Of a stretch of 20,614 nt of DNA, positions 1 to 6,955 are shown piece after piece. The position numbers and the translations under genes are program-made. Source of the DNA: an uncultured Gemmatimonadota bacterium (GTDB taxonomy: Bacteria; SM23-81). The DNA lies in NCBI GenBank assembly GCA_964584035.1, contig CAZOYL010000031.1, positions 1 to 20,614 on the forward strand, given 5' to 3'. Numbering within the stretch: the first letter of the stretch is position 1; every line of letters starts with the position of its first letter. Under the pieces are notes generated by a model that saw only the letters and a list, made by a program, of their open reading frames with translations, made no database searches and was not told the DNA's origin.

Positions 1-1137
1 CATGCCCTGTCATACGGTGCCATGCTGGCCCGGACCCAGGTGATCGCGGCCTATCCCATCACGCCCCAGACCGAGGTGGTGGGCTTTCTCTCCGAGCTGT
101 GCGCCGATGGAAAGCTGGACGCCAAATTCATCAAGGTGGAATCGGAGCACTCGGCCATGGCAGCCGCCATCGGCGCCTCGGCCGTCGGAGCCCGGACTTT
201 CACGGCCACCTCGGCGCAGGGACTGGCCCTGATGCATGAGATGCTTCACTGGGCGGTAGGCGCCAGGATGCCGGTGGTGCTGGGCAACATCAACCGGGCC
301 ATGGGCCCACCCTGGACCATCTGGACCGACCAGAACGATTCCCTGTCCCAGCGGGATACCGGTCTGATCCAGTATTACTGCGAGTCCAATCAGGAGGTCC
401 TGGATACCGTCATCCAGGCCTACAAGGTCTCAGAACGCGAGGAGGTCCTGCTGCCGGCCATGATCGTGCTGGACGCCTTCGTGCTGTCGCATACCTCCGA
501 GGTGGTCGATATGCCTGACCAGGAGCTGGTCGATAAGTTCCTCCCGCCAAGGAAGGCCACCTATCGGGTGGATCCCCGGGAGCCGCACAGCTTCGGAAAC
601 CTGACCACTCCGGACCGCTACATGGAGCTTCGATATAAGATCGAGGTTTCGATGAGAAAGGCCGAGAGTGTCATCAGAGACGTCGACCGGGAGTTCGGCG
701 AGATGTTCGGGCGTCAATACGGTCTGATAGAAAATTATCAGATCGAGGATGCCGAGACCATCGTGGTGGCCTCGGCCACCATCGCCGGAACGGCCCACAC
801 GGTGATCGATGAGCTGCGTGAAAAGGGAGAGAAATACGGGCTGGTCCGGGTAAGGTTGTTCCGGCCGTTCCCCTTCGACGATATTCGCAAAGCCCTCAAG
901 AACGCTAAAAAAGTGATCGTCATCGACCGCAACATCTCCTTCGGCCATTCAGGCATCTTCTTTCAGGAGGTCAAGGCGGCCATGTACAACCAGCCCCGGC
1001 GACCGCCCATTTTCGGTTACATCGCCGGGCTGGGGGGGCGCGACGTCACGCCCGGTACGATCAAGGAGATCATCGACGATGCCAAGAACAAAGACAGGCC
1101 TACAGAGGACATTAACTGGATAGGATTGAAACCATGA
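1..1137 (+). CDS. porA: 2-oxoacid (pyruvate/2-ketoisovalerate):ferredoxin oxidoreductase alpha subunit, 5'-truncated by the window edge
   Basis: Frame is open from base 1 (HALSYGAMLARTQVIAAYPITPQT), so the true start lies upstream. Motifs YPITP, VESEHSA, TATSAQGL, RLFRPFP and GLGGRD are typical of PorA/VorA. Substrate specificity cannot be determined. Confidence 0.9.
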   Translation, partial: HALSYGAMLARTQVIAAYPITPQTEVVGFLSELCADGKLDAKFIKVESEHSAMAAAIGASAVGARTFTATSAQGLALMHEMLHWAVGARMPVVLGNINRAMGPPWTIWTDQNDSLSQRDTGLIQYYCESNQEVLDTVIQAYKVSEREEVLLPAMIVLDAFVLSHTSEVVDMPDQELVDKFLPPRKATYRVDPREPHSFGNLTTPDRYMELRYKIEVSMRKAESVIRDVDREFGEMFGRQYGLIENYQIEDAETIVVASATIAGTAHTVIDELREKGEKYGLVRVRLFRPFPFDDIRKALKNAKKVIVIDRNISFGHSGIFFQEVKAAMYNQPRRPPIFGYIAGLGGRDVTPGTIKEIIDDAKNKDRPTEDINWIGLKP

Positions 1138-2081
1138 AACTGACCATACCGGAACAGGAACTGATGGTATCGGGCCATCTGGCCTGTCAGGGATGCGGGG
1201 CCACGCTGGCCATGCGATATGCCCTCAAGGCGCTGGGGCCGAACACGGCTTTTTCCATCCCGGCCTGCTGCTGGTCGGTCATCGATGGGCCCTTTCCCTA
1301 TTCGTCCCTCAGAGTGCCCATCTTCCACACCGCCTTTGAGACGGCCGCTGCGGCCGCCTCGGGGATGAAAGCCGGACTGGAGACGCTTGGCAATGACGAG
1401 ACCCAGGTGGTGGCCTGGGCCGGAGACGGCGGCACCTTCGATATCGGCATTCAGGCCCTCTCCGGTGCGGCCGAGCGGAATGATAATTTTTTGTATATCT
1501 GTTACGACAACGAGGCCTACATGAATACCGGCATCCAGCGCAGCTCGGCCACTCCGTGGCGATCGTGGACCACCACCACGCCGGAGAAGCATCCCAAGGA
1601 GACGCCCAAGAAGGACATGGTCGGCATCATGGCCGCTCACCGGATCCCTTACGTGGCCACCTGTTCGGTGGCCTATCCCGAGGACATGGTCAAGAAGGTC
1701 AACCGGGCCAAAGAGATCAAGGGCTGCAAGTTTCTCCACGTGTTCGCCCCCTGTCCCACCGGCTGGCGGACGGCCCCGGAGAACTGCATCAAGCTGGCCC
1801 GGCTGGCTGTGAAGACGAGGCTCTTCCCGATCTATGAGATCTTCAACGGGGTGGACTACAAGATCAGCATAAAGGTGCCCAAGCCAACGCCGGTGGAGGA
1901 ATATCTCAAGCCTCAGGGACGATTCCGTCATCTCACCGAGGAGGACGTCAGGCAGATTCAACGAAACGTGGATTACGAGTGGGAACGGCTGATGCGGATG
2001 GTGGAAAGTTCTCAGGAGGGGGCAGGCGTTAGGGAAAAGGAAAAAGAGGAGAAGAAAGAAAAGAAAACGAAGAAAGGGTAA
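1134..2081 (+). CDS. porB: 2-oxoacid:ferredoxin oxidoreductase beta subunit (TPP-binding)
   Basis: ACQGCG, PACC and APCPTGW Fe-S cysteines; TPP motif GDGGTFDIG...DNEAYMNTG; ATGA overlap with the alpha gene; charged low-complexity C-terminal tail. Confidence 0.9.
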   Translation: MKLTIPEQELMVSGHLACQGCGATLAMRYALKALGPNTAFSIPACCWSVIDGPFPYSSLRVPIFHTAFETAAAAASGMKAGLETLGNDETQVVAWAGDGGTFDIGIQALSGAAERNDNFLYICYDNEAYMNTGIQRSSATPWRSWTTTTPEKHPKETPKKDMVGIMAAHRIPYVATCSVAYPEDMVKKVNRAKEIKGCKFLHVFAPCPTGWRTAPENCIKLARLAVKTRLFPIYEIFNGVDYKISIKVPKPTPVEEYLKPQGRFRHLTEEDVRQIQRNVDYEWERLMRMVESSQEGAGVREKEKEEKKEKKTKKG

Positions 2082-2135
2082 TTGAGAGATAGCGAGGATC
2101 TGTTTTCATCGTTCATGTTCGAGAAAACGGAGAGT

Positions 2136-2170
2136 AAAAAAGGAGCCCGGCTGTGACGGCCGGGCTTTTT
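2136..2170. terminator. Bidirectional intrinsic terminator
   Basis: Stem AGCCCGGC (2144-2151) / GCCGGGCT (2159-2166) flanked by an A-run (2136-2141) and a T-run (2166-2170), between convergent genes. Confidence 0.85.
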
Positions 2171-2218
2171 AATTGAAAACTGAAGATTGAAGGTAGAGGA
2201 GTCTTTTTTGATCAACAT

Positions 2219-3178
2219 TTAAATCTGCAGCCTTTCCCATAATTTCAAAACTTTTTCTTCCAGTTCCGCGGCCTGCTGCAGGGCCTCGATCTGCTGCCGG
2301 ACATTATCCTCCTCCAGCATGCTGCGACCCTCGTCCTGAAAGGGTGGGGGAATATGATAGCCGCTGAGCGCCTCCACCTCCTGGTCGAACAGGTCGCCCA
2401 TCTTACGATAGACGGCGGAGTTGTCGAACCGGCGGTAGCGGATCTCCTCCTGGAGATAGGTTCGTCCGGCCCGGCGGGCATCGATCAGGCTGATGAAGTT
2501 CCAATAGTTGCCGACCAGATATTCCTGGCGCTTCTCTCCGGTCCCGGCCAGGAAGCGGCCGATATTCTCCAGCCGTTCAATCCAGGTCTCGAAGCCGGCC
2601 TGGCCGGTGTGGTAGGGCCCGTAGGAGCGGTTCTCCAGCAGGTTCTTGAGGAGAAACAGGGAGCTCAGCTCGGCCTGATCCCGGTTGACCGGGCCGAGCT
2701 TTTCTCCCAGAGAATACACCGTCCAGGGAGCTTTCTCGGCCGGTTGGGCCTTGTTTTTATGCTCGTTGTAGAAGGTCAGGACCTGGTAGGTGCCTTTGGC
2801 GTCATATCCCACGATCAGGCCCCAATCGGGGATCTTGATGAGATCGGAGGCGATGGCCGGGCGACCGGCATCGATGTTCTCCTTCACGGCCGAACGGATC
2901 GTCTTGTCGCCGTCGGAGGCCTGCAGGCAGCGGTGATCGATGCGCAGCAGCTTCAGGATGTGTCCGGCGCTGTCGAATCCGCAGGAGGCGTCCGGCCCGG
3001 AGGGGCAGGGGCCGGTGCGGTGGATCTGAAGCCGGAAGGCGGCCCCGGAGAGGCCCATCAGGGTGGCATAGGGATAATCCTCTCCGAGGAATTCCAGAGC
3101 GCGCTGCAGCGCGGCCAGGAAGGTGTTCATCTCGCTGTCCTGCCAGCTGAGCCCGGGCACACCCGTGAGGATTTTCAT
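2219..3178 (-). CDS. Hypothetical protein (~319 aa), possible inactive papain/C39-like (BtrH_N-like) N-terminal domain plus helical C-terminal domain
   Basis: Preferred start ATG at 3178 (MKILTGV) with GGAAAG upstream, rather than 3256. Pattern FLAALQRALEFLGEDYPYATLMGLSGAAF...IDAGRPAI...WGLIVGYD resembles C39/BtrH-like domains. Fold call is pattern recognition only. Confidence 0.6.
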   Translation of the reverse strand: MKILTGVPGLSWQDSEMNTFLAALQRALEFLGEDYPYATLMGLSGAAFRLQIHRTGPCPSGPDASCGFDSAGHILKLLRIDHRCLQASDGDKTIRSAVKENIDAGRPAIASDLIKIPDWGLIVGYDAKGTYQVLTFYNEHKNKAQPAEKAPWTVYSLGEKLGPVNRDQAELSSLFLLKNLLENRSYGPYHTGQAGFETWIERLENIGRFLAGTGEKRQEYLVGNYWNFISLIDARRAGRTYLQEEIRYRRFDNSAVYRKMGDLFDQEVEALSGYHIPPPFQDEGRSMLEEDNVRQQIEALQQAAELEEKVLKLWERLQI

Positions 3179-3252
3179 GGAATCTTTCCGGTCGATTGAT
3201 GAAAGCAAATATAAGGTTGGATTGGAACGGGGCGATCTCAGCGCTGGTCTTC

Positions 3253-5385
3253 TCAATGCTTCCGGGTCAGCTCCCAGACCCCGTCCCAGTCCTCCGGCGG
3301 GGGAGAGGCCTGATAGTCGCGGCAGCGCTGACAGTAGATGGCGGTCACCGGCTCGGTCTCCAGGGCATCGAACATCTCCAGCGCCTCAGACCACTTTCTC
3401 TGGCGATAGAGTCCCAGACCACTGTGGAAGCGGTTGATCTGAAGCATCCTGTCGGAGCTCAGTTGACCCTTGTCGGCCAATAGCTCGTAGGTGTGCACCG
3501 GCTCCTTTTTGCCCACCACCCGGATGAGGTCGATCTCCCGGATCTCGAACCGGTCCTTGACCTCCGCGTAAGTTCCCTGCCCCATCAGGATCCAGATGCC
3601 GTACTGCTTGCAGGCGCCTTCCAGGCGGGCGCCTAAATTGACGGCGTCGCCTAAAATGCTATAGTCGAAGCGGTCGCTGGAGCCCATGTTGCCAACCACC
3701 ATGGGGCCGGTGTTGAGGCCGATGCGCATGTACAGCTCCCGGCCGCTTTGCCGGCGCATCTGTTCTCTCAGCTCCATCAGACGTTTCTGGCAGTCCAGGG
3801 CCGTCAGGCAGGCCCGGACCGCATGGTCGGATTGATCCAGGGGCGCGTTCCAGAAGGCCACGATGGCGTCGCCGATATACTTGTCCACCGTGCCGCCGTG
3901 TGCAAAGATGACGTCTGTCATCTCCGAGAGATAGCGGTTAAGCAGCTCGGTGAGGTCCTCCGGCGAGAGGCTCTCGGCCACCGAGGTGAATCCGGCTACG
4001 TCGCTGAAGAAGACGCTCATCTGCCGCCGCTGACCGCCCAGGCGCAATTGGTCCGGGTTCTTGAGGATCTGTTCGATCACCTGATGGCTGAGATAGTGCT
4101 GAAAGACCTTTTTGACGAAACGTTTCTGGCGTCCCTCCAGGGCGTAGTTGAGCACCGAGCCGGCCGCGAAGGTCACCACCACGCCGGCCAGGGGGGCGAT
4201 CAGAATCAGCCAGATGCCGGCCCGGAAGGCCAGAACGGAAGCCAGGACGGGTATCAGCAGACAGATGATGACGCCCACGGCCATGAATCCCAGGCGCCGG
4301 GGCCAGGTGACGGCCAGGGCCGTGAGCAGAGCGAGCACCAGGATCAGGACCGCCGTCATCCAGCCCGGGGCCGGGGCGATGAAATCTCCCGCCAAAAGGT
4401 TGTCGATGACGGTGGCGTGAACCTCCACGCCGGGATAGACCGAGCTCAGCGGAGTGGGCCGCAGGTCCATCAGGCCCGGGGCGCTGAAGCCCAGCAGGAC
4501 GATCTTTCCGCCGAAGAAGTCCGGATCGATCTGCGGCTCCAATCCCTCCTCCAGCTGCAGCTGGGACTGGATCACGTCGGCCATGGAGATGGACCGGTAG
4601 GTGCCCACGCCGCCGTGGTAGTTGATGATCAAACGTCCGGACTCGTCCAGAGGAAGAGGCCGCCCGGCCAGCGAAAGCGCCTCGCCGGCCTGCCAGCGCA
4701 GCGATCCGTTCAACAGCTGCCGGCAGGCGGCCAGGGGCAGGGCGGGGTAGAGCCGGTCGCCATAGGAACAGATCAGGGGCAGGCGGCGGAAAATGCCGTC
4801 ATCGTCGGGGGGAAAGCTGACGTTGCCCACCGTCAAGGCCGAGGAGAGGATCTCCTCGACCGAGAGGGTCACCGAGTTTCGAGTCAGAGTTTTTTGAAGG
4901 GGGAAATCCGGCAGGCCGATGGCGTGCTGTTGAAGAATCTTTTCGCCGGCCGTATCGACGGACGTTGGCTCCTGGGCGCTAAAGAAGGCCGCCAGGGCAA
5001 CATTGCCGGCATCGGCCAGGGTCATTCCGAAGTACAGGTCGTCCTCCAGGCCGTACACCGAGCTCTCGGTGAAAAGGATATCGAAGACCAGAGCACGGGC
5101 GCCGCCGGTCTGGCACAACCGCGCCGCGGCGGCATAGAGCTGGCGCGGCCAGGGCCAGCCGAGGCCCTCCTGCTCGTAGAAATTCAGGCTCTGTTGGTCC
5201 ACCAGCAGGATGACGATCTCATCGCTGGCCGATTGAGGCTCGGCCAGCGAGCGCAGCCGCCAGTCCCAGCTCTTCCACTCCAGGGTCTGCAAGATGCCGC
5301 TGACGTGCAGGATGAGCATGGCCAATCCGACGGATAGTCCCAGAATGATGGCGCGGATCGTTTTCTGCTTTTGGGCTTTGGACAT
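3253..5385 (-). CDS. CHASE2-domain class III adenylyl cyclase with C-terminal TPR-like tail (~710 aa)
   Basis: Start reassigned to 5385 (MSKAQK, 7 nt after the upstream stop). One N-terminal TM; CHASE2 motifs (IVILLVDQQSL, WPWPR, VFDILF, DDDGIFRR, GKIVLLG, DLRPTP, PGVEVHATVIDNLL); 3 TMs; cyclase motifs FSDVAGFT, DKYIGDA, RIGLNTG, DYSILGDAVNLGARLE; tail PPPEDWDGVW. Confidence 0.92.
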   Translation of the reverse strand: MSKAQKQKTIRAIILGLSVGLAMLILHVSGILQTLEWKSWDWRLRSLAEPQSASDEIVILLVDQQSLNFYEQEGLGWPWPRQLYAAAARLCQTGGARALVFDILFTESSVYGLEDDLYFGMTLADAGNVALAAFFSAQEPTSVDTAGEKILQQHAIGLPDFPLQKTLTRNSVTLSVEEILSSALTVGNVSFPPDDDGIFRRLPLICSYGDRLYPALPLAACRQLLNGSLRWQAGEALSLAGRPLPLDESGRLIINYHGGVGTYRSISMADVIQSQLQLEEGLEPQIDPDFFGGKIVLLGFSAPGLMDLRPTPLSSVYPGVEVHATVIDNLLAGDFIAPAPGWMTAVLILVLALLTALAVTWPRRLGFMAVGVIICLLIPVLASVLAFRAGIWLILIAPLAGVVVTFAAGSVLNYALEGRQKRFVKKVFQHYLSHQVIEQILKNPDQLRLGGQRRQMSVFFSDVAGFTSVAESLSPEDLTELLNRYLSEMTDVIFAHGGTVDKYIGDAIVAFWNAPLDQSDHAVRACLTALDCQKRLMELREQMRRQSGRELYMRIGLNTGPMVVGNMGSSDRFDYSILGDAVNLGARLEGACKQYGIWILMGQGTYAEVKDRFEIREIDLIRVVGKKEPVHTYELLADKGQLSSDRMLQINRFHSGLGLYRQRKWSEALEMFDALETEPVTAIYCQRCRDYQASPPPEDWDGVWELTRKH

Positions 5386-5392
5386 GAGAGGG

Positions 5393-6307
5393 TTATCCCA
5401 ACGCCTTGTTAAAGCGCTTCGTTCGAGCCGGCTCCGCTGAGCCGCCGTATCCCCGGGAGGCGATCTCCTCGCGGACCTTCTCCAGGCGGTCATACGGAGC
5501 GGGGTGGGTCTTGAAAAATCCCCTGCCGGTGCCCCCCTGGGCGCTGACGGCCATGTTCTCTAAAGAGGACACCAGGCCGCCGGCGGCATATCCGGCCGTG
5601 GTGGCGTATTGCAGACCCAGACGGTCGGCCTCATACTCCTGCTGGCGGCTGTAACCATTGACCACCAGCTGGTCGACGATGTCGCCCAGGGCACCGTCGA
5701 AGGCCCCGGTCAGCTTGGTCAGCTGTTCCTGGTTATAATGCTTGGAGGTCTCGGTCAAGAGCACGTCGAAGGCGTCCATCATCCGGGATTTCTTGATGGC
5801 CTTGAGGCCGTGCTTGGCGCAGATGTGTCCCACCTCGTGGGCCAGAATGCCGGCCAGGGCTTCCTCGTCCTGGCAGGTGCTCAGCAGTCCCCGGGTGATA
5901 AAGACGAATCCGCCGGGGCAGGCGAAGGCATTGATCTCGTCGCTGTCCAGCACCAGGAAGTGATACCCGCCATAGATCTCCGGGCGGTCGGAGGTGTAGG
6001 ACACCGCCGTGCCCACCTTGTTGACGTAGGCGGTCAGCCGCTCGTTCTGATAGGCCGGATACTGAACCAGGATCCTGGCCGCCACCGAACGGCCAAGATA
6101 ATACTCCTGTTCCTCGGTGAGGTCCTCGAAGCTGTGTTCCACAGCCACAGCCACCTTATCGATGGAGTCCTTCTGTTCTTCGCTGATGACGCCCTTTTTT
6201 TCTAAAACGGTGGTGCTCATCTTGCTGACGGTGGCGCAGGCCAGTATCGAGATGGCGGCCAGGAGTGCCAGGAGAGAGATGGTCTTCATAGGGACGGTCT
6301 TATTCAT
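5393..6307 (-). CDS. M48-family zinc metalloprotease lipoprotein (BepA/LoiP-like, no TPR)
   Basis: Lipobox ILA-C after a hydrophobic stretch; NAFACPGG, HEVGH (HExxH), YSRQQEYEAD (third Zn ligand), THP; GGAGGT RBS; 4-nt overlap with the upstream gene. Confidence 0.9.
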   Translation of the reverse strand: MNKTVPMKTISLLALLAAISILACATVSKMSTTVLEKKGVISEEQKDSIDKVAVAVEHSFEDLTEEQEYYLGRSVAARILVQYPAYQNERLTAYVNKVGTAVSYTSDRPEIYGGYHFLVLDSDEINAFACPGGFVFITRGLLSTCQDEEALAGILAHEVGHICAKHGLKAIKKSRMMDAFDVLLTETSKHYNQEQLTKLTGAFDGALGDIVDQLVVNGYSRQQEYEADRLGLQYATTAGYAAGGLVSSLENMAVSAQGGTGRGFFKTHPAPYDRLEKVREEIASRGYGGSAEPARTKRFNKALG

Positions 6308-6780
6308 CGGCCACCTCCGTATTCTCCCAGCTTGCCCTCCTTGAAAAACTTCTCCATGTCCTTCTCGCTGACGGTGATGGCGCCCATGCGGTCCACCCAG
6401 GTGTAATTCAGGCCGGCCGATTTACGGTATTCCTTCTCCACCTGTTCATTGAATCCCTTGCCGGCCAGGGCCACCTCGTCGGCCGTCGTGCCCGTTCCCG
6501 AGGTTCGCCGGGCGGTCAGAGAGAACGAGGGCTCCTCCACGGCGCTGCCGTGAACCCAGCCCTGCAGGCCGGCCGTGGTCATGCCCTGGATCCAATCGCC
6601 CTGTTGATCCAGTTTCTGGATGGCATCGCCGAAGCTCAGGTTGGCCACGGCGGGAGCGTAGAATTTGGGGCTTTTCCGCAGCTTGGTGGTCTTCACCGTG
6701 ACCTTGAGCGTCTCGGCGGCCATGACCCCGGCCGAGATGAGAACGGCCAGGAGGATGGGGAGGACGAATTTTTTCTTCAT
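6304..6780 (-). CDS. Secreted bacterial SH3-domain protein (158 aa)
   Basis: ATG at 6780 with AAGGAGG RBS; signal peptide MKKKFVLPILLAVLISAGVMA; SH3b-type pattern LRKSP...L..GD......QGDW......GLQGWV; then a Ser/Thr/Gly linker and C-terminal ALAGKGFNEQVE segment. Confidence 0.8.
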   Translation of the reverse strand: MKKKFVLPILLAVLISAGVMAAETLKVTVKTTKLRKSPKFYAPAVANLSFGDAIQKLDQQGDWIQGMTTAGLQGWVHGSAVEEPSFSLTARRTSGTGTTADEVALAGKGFNEQVEKEYRKSAGLNYTWVDRMGAITVSEKDMEKFFKEGKLGEYGGGR

Positions 6781-6955
6781 CGGCAATACCTCCTTCTTTG
6801 TTTTCAAGTCCCTTTCGCGTGTTCCTGAAAAGTGTCCGCCCCGTTGAAAAATTTATCATAGGGAAGGGAGGGAACATCTCAGATCCGCGATCCTCGAGTC
6901 TATTTCTATGGCAAGCCCTACAATAATATTCCACCGGCTCAGGTATGTCAAGACC

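Noticed and set aside
2030..2081. Purine-rich repeat-like tract at the porB 3' end
   Set aside because: It simply encodes a Lys/Glu-rich tail; no regular repeat unit.
3748..5337. 529-aa plus-strand ORF, and similar long antisense ORFs at 1017-1961, 2354-3199, 6908-7657, 7892-8728, 8888-9892, 10126-10878 and 11975-13162
   Set aside because: Each lies antisense to a well-supported gene and has no recognisable motifs. Such shadow ORFs are expected in GC-rich coding DNA.
5386..5493. ORF-track N-terminal extensions (cyclase from 5493, hypothetical from 3256, SH3 from 6807, regulator from 18443)
   Set aside because: They overlap neighbouring genes or lack an RBS; downstream ATGs fit the RBS and domain boundaries better.
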